Positions 39,777 through 48,558 of a stretch of 64,000 nt of DNA are shown one piece after another (the first letter of the stretch is position 1; the number at the start of each line of letters is the position of its first letter). The notes beneath the pieces are model-generated. The model was not told the origin of the DNA. It did no database searches and worked only from the letters and a program-made list of their open reading frames with translations. The DNA is from a candidate division FCPU426 bacterium (GTDB lineage: Bacteria > Oederibacteriota > JAAXVQ01 > JAUVAV01): the NCBI GenBank assembly GCA_040756875.1, contig JBFLYH010000001.1:704001-768000 (forward strand), read 5' to 3'. A program made the position numbers and the translations under genes.

Positions 39777-41225
39777 TTAACTCCTGCCTCTCCAGCGCAG
39801 GAGCACAGGCAGCACCACTCCCAAAAAAACCAGCACCACCGCCGGCACGCTCAGCCACAGGCCGCGAAACGACCGGGGCCGGTCCCTGAACTGGCTGGGC
39901 TGTTTGAGCGGAAAAACGCCGATGATTCCTGAATGGGATCCGAGCACCAGCGCCGCGTCTGCGGCCGTGACCACGGCCGCGGGCGAACCGAGCGGGGTTT
40001 CGCCTTTGGGGGCTTTGTCCCACAGCGGTTCGCCGATGAAAAATGCGGTTTCAAGCTTGCCGGTACTGGCCTGGGCCACGTACAGCCGGTTGTCCAGGCA
40101 GGCGGCCGCCACCCGCGGCCCGTTTCCGGTCCGGAAAAAAACCGGCGCCGTGTACACCTCGCCGCCCAAGGCCAGGGACCAGAGCAGATGCCCGTCTTCG
40201 GCGTCATAAGCATACAGCCGGTAGTCGTGCGAGCCCACGAACACCGCGGTTTGACCCTCCCATGATCCCAGGCAGGCGGAATTGTCGATCCAATGGCCTG
40301 CCAGGCGCTGCCAAAGGCGCCGGCCGGTGAGGGCGTCCAAGCACGCCAGATTGCCGAATTTGGAGCCGATGTACAGGCGCGGTGCAGGGGCGGTTTGCAC
40401 GACCGGCGAACCGAAGACCTCCTGGGGCATTTGGTATTTCCAAACCAAGCGGGCCGGGCCGGGTTCGGCCTGCCAGCATTGCACGACGCCTTTGCGGCTG
40501 GACCAGGCCAGGTAGAAGCGACCCAGGGCCTCGAACCCGACTGCGGAATTCACGGCGCCGTTTCCGGCTGCGATGCGCCATAATTCATCGCCGCTGGCCT
40601 GATCCAGGCAGAGCAGCCAGGCGCGCTGCTGGTTGCGGGCCAGGGACTTGTCGTAGACGAACGCGGTGAGATAGAGGCGGCCGGCGTGAAGCACCGGAGC
40701 GGTCAAAAGCGCGTGGCCCAGCGTCGGGCTGGCGGGGAAGAGTTCGCGCGTCCAGACGGTTTCGCCGCTGGCGGCCTCCAGGGCGTACACGCTGCGGTCC
40801 GCGGAGGTGAAGAATACGACCGGGCGTCCCCGGACCTCTCCCACGGCCGGAGCTGCGGTTATTTCGCCGTTCGTGACCTTGAGCCAGGCCACGCGCCGGT
40901 CCTCCAGGTCCAAAGCGAGCAGGGTCTGGGTGTGGCCGCCGATAAAAGCCAGGGGGTGATCCGCCACGTCCGCCAGGGCCGGCGAAGCCCAAACCGCCAA
41001 TCCCGGCCGGTAGCGCATGGTGGTTTTGTAAAAATAATACCATTCCTTGAGCGGCTGGGCGGCGGGCGCATACAGCGTGGCCTGGCCTTCGGGACCGTTG
41101 CGTTCGGACACCCAATCAGACGCCCTGGCCTGACCTGCAGGCCACGCGCAGGCGGACAAGGCCAGCCAAAAGAACAGTCTGGCAGCGAGGACCCGCACTG
41201 TCTGCCCGCCTTTATCCGGTTTCAT
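39777..41225 (-). CDS. PQQ-like (BamB-type) beta-propeller protein with a C-terminal membrane anchor
   Basis: Signal peptide, repeated S.D..VYAL.A..G...W blades, C-terminal TM helix plus RWRGR. Confidence 0.85.
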   Translation of the reverse strand: MKPDKGGQTVRVLAARLFFWLALSACAWPAGQARASDWVSERNGPEGQATLYAPAAQPLKEWYYFYKTTMRYRPGLAVWASPALADVADHPLAFIGGHTQTLLALDLEDRRVAWLKVTNGEITAAPAVGEVRGRPVVFFTSADRSVYALEAASGETVWTRELFPASPTLGHALLTAPVLHAGRLYLTAFVYDKSLARNQQRAWLLCLDQASGDELWRIAAGNGAVNSAVGFEALGRFYLAWSSRKGVVQCWQAEPGPARLVWKYQMPQEVFGSPVVQTAPAPRLYIGSKFGNLACLDALTGRRLWQRLAGHWIDNSACLGSWEGQTAVFVGSHDYRLYAYDAEDGHLLWSLALGGEVYTAPVFFRTGNGPRVAAACLDNRLYVAQASTGKLETAFFIGEPLWDKAPKGETPLGSPAAVVTAADAALVLGSHSGIIGVFPLKQPSQFRDRPRSFRGLWLSVPAVVLVFLGVVLPVLLRWRGRS

Positions 41226-42307
41226 TGCGGGCACGCTGGTCCTGCCTCAGAATCCTTCCGCCATTCTTCCTTCAGTTCCAGCGCGTTTTCAGGGCAAAGA
41301 TCGACGCAACGCAGGCACATGTGGCATTCCCTGGGGTTGACGACCCCGTTGCGGATGGCGCCAATGTCGCAGGCCAGGGTGCAGCGGCCGCAGCGCGTGC
41401 AGCGGCCGGCCGTGAACTCGATCCGGCGGGGGCTGTAGCGAGACGCCCAGCTTATGGCCAGCCGCCAGGGGCAAAGATAGCGGCACCAGATGCGCGGCAG
41501 GAGCAGGGCGGCCGCCACCACGATCACCGTGGCGAGAATCGAAGCCGGATCCACCACCTTGGCGAAGCCGAAATGCACGGGCGAGGTGATGCGCACGTGC
41601 ACCACGGCTGCGGCCACGACCAGAAAAAAGGACAGGTGCTTCAAGCGGCGCAAGGGCCCGTCCCAGGCGGCCAGCTTCCAGGACATCAGCAGGAGCAGCA
41701 CCACCACGATCAGGGACCAATACACCGTGGCGTCCTCGGCGAAAAATATCCGGGTGACGCTGAGCTGGTACAGCCACAGCAGGAAAAAAGCGGTCAGCAG
41801 CAGGGAGCCGATGAAAAAGACCCGGGAAAAGGGAAAACCTGCGGCTTGGCGCCGCTGGTGCCAGGACCGCGTCAGCAGGCCCAGGAATTCCTGCGAGGAC
41901 CCGGTGGGGCAGATCCAGCCGCAGAAAAAGGGCCCGAACAGGAGGCTGGTGACCAGGATCGTGACCGGCACCGAGGCGAAGTACAAGGCCAGGATATTTT
42001 CACGGCCGATCTCCCCGAAGCCCCGGAAAAAATTGGAAATCATGCCGAAGACGCCCATGCAGGTGTAGACCACGAATATGAAAATAAAAATGCCGAACAC
42101 CTGGGTAAGACGGCGCCAAACTTGACGGTGCCGCCGGGGCACCACCACCGGCAGCGCGGCAAGCAGGCCCAAGGCCAGCACGGTCAGCAGCTCGACGTAG
42201 CTGTCCTCCAGTCCGAGGAGGGCGCGTTCAAGCAGTTTCAGGTGGGCAATGGCCGTGCTTCCGGCCTCGGCCGCCCATCCGCCCAGGGCCTGCCACCATT
42301 CAGTCAT
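41222..42307 (-). CDS. Membrane 4Fe-4S binding protein (NapH/YccM-like)
   Basis: GPFFCGWICPTG, RIWCRYLCPW, CTRCGRCTLACD, CHMCLRCVDLCP; start MTEWW at 42307. Confidence 0.9.
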   Translation of the reverse strand: MTEWWQALGGWAAEAGSTAIAHLKLLERALLGLEDSYVELLTVLALGLLAALPVVVPRRHRQVWRRLTQVFGIFIFIFVVYTCMGVFGMISNFFRGFGEIGRENILALYFASVPVTILVTSLLFGPFFCGWICPTGSSQEFLGLLTRSWHQRRQAAGFPFSRVFFIGSLLLTAFFLLWLYQLSVTRIFFAEDATVYWSLIVVVLLLLMSWKLAAWDGPLRRLKHLSFFLVVAAAVVHVRITSPVHFGFAKVVDPASILATVIVVAAALLLPRIWCRYLCPWRLAISWASRYSPRRIEFTAGRCTRCGRCTLACDIGAIRNGVVNPRECHMCLRCVDLCPENALELKEEWRKDSEAGPACPQ

Positions 42308-44840
42308 GCGTTCCTCCGGGCAGGAGATGCATGCGATCCGGCGGCCACCCGAGGTATGCGCGGGCTCCGGGGCGCAGGCGGACCAGCCAGGGCGCGGTGG
42401 CGTGTGCCGTGATTTCCGGCCCAGCGCTGAGGGCGACGACGATTTCCATAAACGCGCCGAAATCGCGCACACCCGTGACCCGGCCTGAAAAACGGCCAGG
42501 CCCGGGAAGGCGGTGCACTTCCACGTGCTCGGGCCGCACCATGGCCAGTGCTTCGCCCGCCGCTTTCCATCCCGGCCGCAAGGGCCAGTGCCCCCACGCG
42601 GTCCGGATGCGGCGACCTTTCACGTCCACGGGGAAAAAATTCCTGCCGCCCAGGAATTCGGCGGTGAACCGGTCCTGCGGCGCGCGGAAGATTTCAGCCA
42701 GCGGACCCACCTGGAGGATCCGGCCGGCGGACATCACCGCGCAGCGGCCGCCCAGGGCCCAGGCCTCCTGGCGGTCATGGGTCACGTGCAGGGTGGTGGT
42801 GCGCAATTCCGAGTGCATGTCCCGTAGGACGTCGCTGATTTCGCGGCGGCCCGGGGCGTCCAGCATGCCCAGGGGCTCGTCCAGCAGCAGCAGTTCGGGC
42901 TCCGTGATCAGGCTCCGGGCCAGGGCAACCTTGCGCTGTTCGCCGCCGGAAAGGTGCTGAATGCCGCGCCGCGCCAAAGGCTCCAGTCGGAACAATTCCA
43001 GGAAACGCGCCACGCGGCGGTCGCGTTCACCGCGCTCCACGCGCCGCATGCGCAAACCGAACGCCAGGTTCTGCGCCACGGTCAGGTGGGGAAACAAGTC
43101 ATTGCCCTGAACCATGTAACCCAGGGGCCGCCGGTTGGGAGGCAGGGCACTTACATCGCGTCCGGCCAGCCGGACCGTGCGAGGCGGCAGGCGGTGGAAT
43201 CCGGCCAGGGCGTTGAGCAGGGAACTCTTGCCGCTGCCGGTCGGCCCCAGGAGCACCATGTATTCGTTCGGCCGCACTTCCAGGGAAAGCGGCCCGAGTT
43301 GGAAGGCGCCGAGCCGCAGGCAAAGGTTTTGCATCTGCAAACTGGCGCTGCCAAGGCCGGACCGCCCGGCGGCTTTTGACCGCCGGGCCGACGCCGACGC
43401 TCGTGTTCGGGCCGCGCTGTTTCCAGGCGCGCTCTGCCGGGAAGCAGGCAGGGAATGCGGGTGGTCCTGAGGCACGGGATTCAGCATCCGGCTGGTCCAT
43501 TGCAGGAGGAAAAACATGCCGAGCGAAAAGAGGAGCAGCACGGAGACCAGGGGCGCGGTCTCAGCCAGCCCGGAGCTGAGAAACCGTGAATACACAGCCA
43601 CGGGCGCGGTCTCCGGTGAAGCGGCGATGAAAAACACCGCGCCGAACTCCCCGGCGGCGCGAGCCCAGGCCATGACCGCCCCCAGAAAAAGGCCGCGGCC
43701 CGCCAAAGGCAGGGTGACGCGCAGGAAAGCCAGCCAGGAATTTGCACCCAAGGTGCGGGCCGTTCCTTCGTACCGGGAGGGAACCGCTTCGTAGGCAGCC
43801 AGGGCGCTGCGGAAGAAAAACGGCAGTGCCACGAAAACCTGGGCGAGGATGATGCCCAGCATCGTGCCGTCAAAGCGAAGGCCGAAAGCGTCGAACAGCC
43901 ATCCACCCAGGATCTGCTGCTTGCCGAAAACGGACAGCAGCGCGATCCCGGCCACGGACTGGGGAATGACGATGGGAATGTCGATGACGGACAACAGCGC
44001 CGGTTTGCCCCAAAAATCGGTCCGGGCCACGGCGTAGGCCAGCGGAAGCACGATCACGCCCAGGAGGAGGGTGGCGACCGTGGCGGTAAACAGCGTAACG
44101 CCGATGGCGTCCACGATCTCGCGGTCGCGCAGCACGAGCAGCAAGTTGTGCGGGCTTTGGCCGAAAATCAGGGTCGCGACCGGGAACAGCACGCCGAACA
44201 GCAGCAAAAGGCCCACACCCAGGAAAAGCCAGGTCATGCGGGAATGCAGATCCATGCGGGTCGTGAAGAGGATTTTCAGGATTAAAAGCGAAATGACCGC
44301 GGTCTCCCAGGCGAAGGGCTGCGCCAGGGTAAAGGCCAGGATGATGGCCCACAGGCAGGCCACCAGCCGCAAGTGCCTGGCCGTGCCGGCCAAACCCAGG
44401 AGCGCGATCAAAAACAGCGGCTCCGCGTTTTCCAAAACGCGGAAAAAAAGCACGAACATCGCCAGATAGCTGGCGATGTAAACAAACACTTGTGGCCAGG
44501 CGCGGGCTGACCAGAGTTTCAGCACCACGTAAACGGTCAACAGGCTGCTCAAGAGCAGCACGGCGCTGGCAGCGGCCGTGGGCGACAGGGCATGCCCGAC
44601 CAGTCCGTGCCCGGCAATGATCAGCATAAAGCCCAAGCCTGAAGCCGGCTCAGCCTGGCCCCAGGCCAGCCAGGCGGCCAGCAGGACGTTGACTCCCAGC
44701 AGGGCCAGGGAAAAAGAGAAGCCGCCTGGAAGCCAGCCGGACCCGGTCAAAGCGGCCTGCGTTCCCGCATGCACAGCCAGGACCGCAGCCGGGAGCCAAA
44801 ACCTGCGCAGGCGGTCCGCGGTCAAAACTCGCCTCCCCAT
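42300..44840 (-). CDS. Fused ABC transporter: extra N-terminal membrane domain, ModB/WtpB-like permease and ModC/WtpC-like ATPase with TOBE domain
   Basis: DIPIVIP..VAG.ALL, EAA-like YEGTARTLGA, WARAAGEFGA; GPTGSGKS, LSGGEQ, LLLLDEP, HVTHD. Confidence 0.88.
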   Translation of the reverse strand: MGRRVLTADRLRRFWLPAAVLAVHAGTQAALTGSGWLPGGFSFSLALLGVNVLLAAWLAWGQAEPASGLGFMLIIAGHGLVGHALSPTAAASAVLLLSSLLTVYVVLKLWSARAWPQVFVYIASYLAMFVLFFRVLENAEPLFLIALLGLAGTARHLRLVACLWAIILAFTLAQPFAWETAVISLLILKILFTTRMDLHSRMTWLFLGVGLLLLFGVLFPVATLIFGQSPHNLLLVLRDREIVDAIGVTLFTATVATLLLGVIVLPLAYAVARTDFWGKPALLSVIDIPIVIPQSVAGIALLSVFGKQQILGGWLFDAFGLRFDGTMLGIILAQVFVALPFFFRSALAAYEAVPSRYEGTARTLGANSWLAFLRVTLPLAGRGLFLGAVMAWARAAGEFGAVFFIAASPETAPVAVYSRFLSSGLAETAPLVSVLLLFSLGMFFLLQWTSRMLNPVPQDHPHSLPASRQSAPGNSAARTRASASARRSKAAGRSGLGSASLQMQNLCLRLGAFQLGPLSLEVRPNEYMVLLGPTGSGKSSLLNALAGFHRLPPRTVRLAGRDVSALPPNRRPLGYMVQGNDLFPHLTVAQNLAFGLRMRRVERGERDRRVARFLELFRLEPLARRGIQHLSGGEQRKVALARSLITEPELLLLDEPLGMLDAPGRREISDVLRDMHSELRTTTLHVTHDRQEAWALGGRCAVMSAGRILQVGPLAEIFRAPQDRFTAEFLGGRNFFPVDVKGRRIRTAWGHWPLRPGWKAAGEALAMVRPEHVEVHRLPGPGRFSGRVTGVRDFGAFMEIVVALSAGPEITAHATAPWLVRLRPGARAYLGWPPDRMHLLPGGTHD

Positions 44841-45745
44841 TCTGTCCAGGGAGCGGCAATTTGGTGATCTTCTTGTGGCCCGTAGAACCGGGGGGCGATC
44901 ACGGTGAAGCCCATTTCCGAAAAGGCCTCCAGATGTTCCTTGAAAATATAGCGGAGGGCCGTGGCCGCCAAGGCGGGATGGGGCGCCTGAACCGGAATGG
45001 CTGCCCCGCAGGTGATCAGGCGGCCGCGCACCGTGCGGATGGTTTTGCGGCCGCCGCTCCAGGCGGTGAAATTCACTTCAGCCCGGTCATAAGCCTGTCC
45101 CGGGCTCCCCAGGTTGACCTCCGGCGGCAGGCGCAAATAACGGATTTCGTGCGCCTGGCAGGTGGTGCGGTATAAAAACGCGTACTCCGCATCCCCGCTT
45201 TTCAGCCAGGCGGCCAGTTGTTCGGCGTGCTCGGCCAAACGCATGTCGCGGGATTTCAGGCGGTCGAAGAATCCGGGGTGCCCCTGCAACTCCCACAAGC
45301 GCCACAGCAGAAGCGTACGGTAGCCCACGGGCCCCAGATCCTCATTCACGCGGGCCAGGACGATGTCCGGCAAGGCGACCACCGACGCCCAATCGCGCTC
45401 CGCTTCATCCACGCGCCGGGCGCGAATGCCGAGGCCGAGCACCATCTCATCGTGCGCAAACTCCACGCGCCAGCGCACCTGGGACGCAGCCAGGGATTTA
45501 TACAATTCAGCGTCAGCCAGGAGCAGGAGGTCGCATTCCCGGCCCAGGTCCGTGACCATGCGGCACAAGGTCTGGCTGCCCGCCACCTCGGTGCTCAGGG
45601 AGGCGCCCAGGGTGTGCTCCATGTCCGGCGCCAGCTTGCGGATGGCCGGCGCCACTTGCGGCGCCTGAAAGACCACCAGCCGGGGCAGGGGCGGAGTGCA
45701 GGCCATCAGGAATCCGGCCAGTGACAGGCAGAGGATGCGGCGCAT
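44822..45745 (-). CDS. Tungstate/molybdate ABC substrate-binding lipoprotein (WtpA/ModA-like)
   Basis: Lipobox LMAC; AGS..L.R.VTDLGR..D....AD, GYRTLL.W.L, YAFLY....H...Y..LP..VNL. Confidence 0.8.
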   Translation of the reverse strand: MRRILCLSLAGFLMACTPPLPRLVVFQAPQVAPAIRKLAPDMEHTLGASLSTEVAGSQTLCRMVTDLGRECDLLLLADAELYKSLAASQVRWRVEFAHDEMVLGLGIRARRVDEAERDWASVVALPDIVLARVNEDLGPVGYRTLLLWRLWELQGHPGFFDRLKSRDMRLAEHAEQLAAWLKSGDAEYAFLYRTTCQAHEIRYLRLPPEVNLGSPGQAYDRAEVNFTAWSGGRKTIRTVRGRLITCGAAIPVQAPHPALAATALRYIFKEHLEAFSEMGFTVIAPRFYGPQEDHQIAAPWTEWGGEF

Positions 45746-46365
45746 CAGGGTCGCTCCTTTGGCTGCGTCCGGAGGAACAGCCACCCCAGCAGCACGGCCG
45801 TCACCAGGGGAAAAAGATACCACCACTGATACCAGGCGCGGCGGACATCCACTTCCACGAGCATGGCCGTGGGCATCGCGCCCTTGGAGACCGGCTGCAC
45901 CCGGAAGGAGAGGCAGGCGCGGAGAGCAGGGTCATCCAAGTGGAACGCCGGCACCTCCGTGTTTTCCGACAGCGGTTCATACTCCTCGCTCCAAACCAGG
46001 TCGAAGGTTTGGCCAGCGGTCGCGGTTTCCGGGACCTGGAACGCCAGGGTCAGCCCTGTTATTTTGTCGCCGCTCCAGCGCAGGCTTGCGCGCTCAACGG
46101 CGAGCGGAAGGGTGCGGCCTTGACGGTCATAGAGGGCCATATGATTGAGGGTTGGAAGGCGCAAGCCGGCGTTTTCCAGGCGGCCAATGACCAGCCGTTC
46201 CCCGGCAGCTGGCTGCAGGGAGGCGGGAACCGGGGCGCGGTCAGCGGTGATCACGGAGTCAGGGGCGTGATCGGTTATGACCAATCTGAAGCCTTGCAGG
46301 GCCAGCGCGGGGCTGCCGGCAAGATAAAAGCCTACTAGTGGCAGAAGGGGGAAAAACCAGCGCAT
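45745..46365 (-). CDS. Hypothetical exported protein with a C-terminal TM anchor
   Basis: Signal peptide (..SPALA), C-terminal WYQWWYLFPLVTAVLLGWLFLR; TGATG coupling to the next gene. Confidence 0.75.
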   Translation of the reverse strand: MRWFFPLLPLVGFYLAGSPALALQGFRLVITDHAPDSVITADRAPVPASLQPAAGERLVIGRLENAGLRLPTLNHMALYDRQGRTLPLAVERASLRWSGDKITGLTLAFQVPETATAGQTFDLVWSEEYEPLSENTEVPAFHLDDPALRACLSFRVQPVSKGAMPTAMLVEVDVRRAWYQWWYLFPLVTAVLLGWLFLRTQPKERP

Positions 46366-46464
46366 CAGAAGTATCCGTATCCAATTGGGATTATATTTAA
46401 ACTAGCACAGATGCAGAAGGCAAGCCAGCGAATTCCCGGTTCCGGCAGGCAAGGCAGAAACGGG

Positions 46465-46493
46465 TTGTCCGATTTTTCCATCCTTGCTAAAAT
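46465..46493 (+). promoter_or_regulatory. Putative sigma70 promoter
   Basis: TTGTCC, 17 bp, TAAAAT with extended -10 TG. Confidence 0.55.
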
Positions 46494-46520
46494 TGTCGCA
46501 TCTTGCGCGGGGGGACGGCT

Positions 46521-47027
46521 ATGCGGCAGCAGGGCAAATCACGCACCGCAAAGGCGGTTTTGACCATGCTGGCGTTATCCACCCTCTTTTTCGCCGTTCC
46601 GGCCCAGCCTGAAACAGGCGACCCCGCCTTCGCCCTGGGGTTGAACTGGCCGGGACTGAGCGCCCGCTATTTTTTCACCCGCCAATGGGCCTGCGAGTTG
46701 TCTCTTCAGGCCGAAACCGGAGTCTTTCTCTTCGGACCCCGCCTGCTGTTTTATGTCTATGATTACTCCACCCTGCGTTTCTACGGCGGCCTGGAGGCGG
46801 ACAGCGTTTTTTTCCAGGAGGAGCACAGCCGGGGCAGCGGCTGGGCAGGCGAGCTCTTCGCCGGCGTCGAATGGTTCCCCTGGCAGCGGGTGTCCGTGCA
46901 AGCAGACATCGGCCCTGCCTGGATCAAGCTCACGGACGCGGACACCGGCCTGTTCATCGAAGACGCGCAGGAATGGGTGGCGCGCCTGGGCGTCAATTTG
47001 TACTTCTTCCGGAGTCCCGCGCCATGA
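46521..47027 (+). CDS. Small outer-membrane beta-barrel protein (probably 8-stranded)
   Basis: Signal peptide, alternating strands (GLSARYF, FAGVEWF, LGVNLYF). Confidence 0.75.
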   Translation: MRQQGKSRTAKAVLTMLALSTLFFAVPAQPETGDPAFALGLNWPGLSARYFFTRQWACELSLQAETGVFLFGPRLLFYVYDYSTLRFYGGLEADSVFFQEEHSRGSGWAGELFAGVEWFPWQRVSVQADIGPAWIKLTDADTGLFIEDAQEWVARLGVNLYFFRSPAP

Positions 47028-48487
47028 ACGTCCTCCGCCTGCTCTTCTGCGTCTCCATGCTGTTCCTGCTCTCGGCCCCGCCTGTCCGGGCCGGCCTGCA
47101 CTTCGGGATGACCGGAGCGGTAAAGCAAAAAGCCCGGGCCCTGGACCAGCAGGTGGACGCGCAACGCCATCCCGCCCCCGTGGTCCACAACGGCACGCTG
47201 CTGGTTCAAAACGGCGAAACCCTGGAGATCAAGGACTGCACTTACATCCAGAAAGGCGACATCGTCATCAGCGGCAACGCCGTCCTCAAGCTGACGGATT
47301 GCACTTTCATCCACGCGGCTGACCGCCATTTTCAATACCATCTTCTGCTGGAGGACACCGCCCAGCTGATCGCGACCCGTTCCCGGCTCGAAGCCAACGA
47401 GTTTTTCCTGTGGTGGCGCCTGCTGGACCAAAGCCGGTCTGTTTTCGACCAGGCGGCGTTCCAGGCGAAAGGCATCCGTCTCTGGATGCTGGACCAGGCC
47501 CAGGCCACCTTGACCAACTCCAGCCAAGTGTCCTTGTATGAAACCGGCGACCAGACCGCGACCGCCCCAGGCACCGCGTTCGTCAGGCACGAATTGAAAA
47601 GAACCGTCGCGAATGTCCCGACCGTGGTTTCGCCGGCGTGGGAAAGCACGATCATCTATTTGGATTATCCCGTCAATACGCCGTGCCCAGAAGACGCCAT
47701 CGAAATCTCCGCGGACGGCAGCCGCCTGTATTTTCTGTTCGGGACCGGCTTGACGAGCCAGATGACCCCCCTGGAAATGCTTTCGCGGCCCAACGGCACC
47801 TATGTGGTCCAGCGCCTGGCGGCCCCGGACCAATTCGGCCGGCCGGCCTTTTACGACCTGGGGCAGGGCGCTGCCTCGGGGCTTTCCCTGGACGGCGAAT
47901 GCTCCTTTACCCCGGACGGAACCAAGGTGTATTTCCATTCCAACCGGCCTGAAAACCTCGGGTACAACCATACCCCCTATGTAGAAGACGCCCAGGATAT
48001 TTACGTGGCTGACCTCAGCAACGGTGTCCCCGGTCCGGGGACCAATCTCGGTCCCACGGTCAATTCCATCTATTTGGACGGCGAACATTCGCTGACCCCG
48101 GACGGGCAGTACCTCTATTTCGCCTCGACCCGTCCCGGAGGCCTGGGTGGTTCCGATATCTACCTCAGCCAGACTGTCAGCGGAGTTTGGTCCGCGCCGG
48201 TCAGCGCCGGCAATACGGTCAACACCGCTTCCAACGACCTGCAGCCTTGTTTCTCGTCGGACGGCAACACCATGTACCTGACCACCGTGCGCGGCGGAAT
48301 TCCGGGCATCTATTCCTTCGACCGCAGCGGATCCGACTGGGTCAATCCCCAAGTGGTCATCCAGGGCGTCGGCGTGGGCGAGCCCTCTCTGACCGCGGAC
48401 GGCCAGTACCTCTACTTTGTCCACGTGTATATCGACGACCAGGACAGTGTCTTCGAGGCCGACGTGTGCTGCCTGCGCAGGAAATAG
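47024..48487 (+). CDS. Secreted protein with a beta-helix-like N-terminal region and PD40 propeller repeats
   Basis: Signal peptide; ISADG..LYF, FTPDG..VYF.S.R, LTPDGQYLYFASTRPGG.GGSDIY repeats. Confidence 0.8.
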   Translation: MNVLRLLFCVSMLFLLSAPPVRAGLHFGMTGAVKQKARALDQQVDAQRHPAPVVHNGTLLVQNGETLEIKDCTYIQKGDIVISGNAVLKLTDCTFIHAADRHFQYHLLLEDTAQLIATRSRLEANEFFLWWRLLDQSRSVFDQAAFQAKGIRLWMLDQAQATLTNSSQVSLYETGDQTATAPGTAFVRHELKRTVANVPTVVSPAWESTIIYLDYPVNTPCPEDAIEISADGSRLYFLFGTGLTSQMTPLEMLSRPNGTYVVQRLAAPDQFGRPAFYDLGQGAASGLSLDGECSFTPDGTKVYFHSNRPENLGYNHTPYVEDAQDIYVADLSNGVPGPGTNLGPTVNSIYLDGEHSLTPDGQYLYFASTRPGGLGGSDIYLSQTVSGVWSAPVSAGNTVNTASNDLQPCFSSDGNTMYLTTVRGGIPGIYSFDRSGSDWVNPQVVIQGVGVGEPSLTADGQYLYFVHVYIDDQDSVFEADVCCLRRK

Positions 48488-48558
48488 TTTGAGCGGTTTT
48501 CCTGTCGCCGGGGTCCAAGCGTCATCCCTTAAAAACGGCATTTTCCAGGAGGAGCGCA

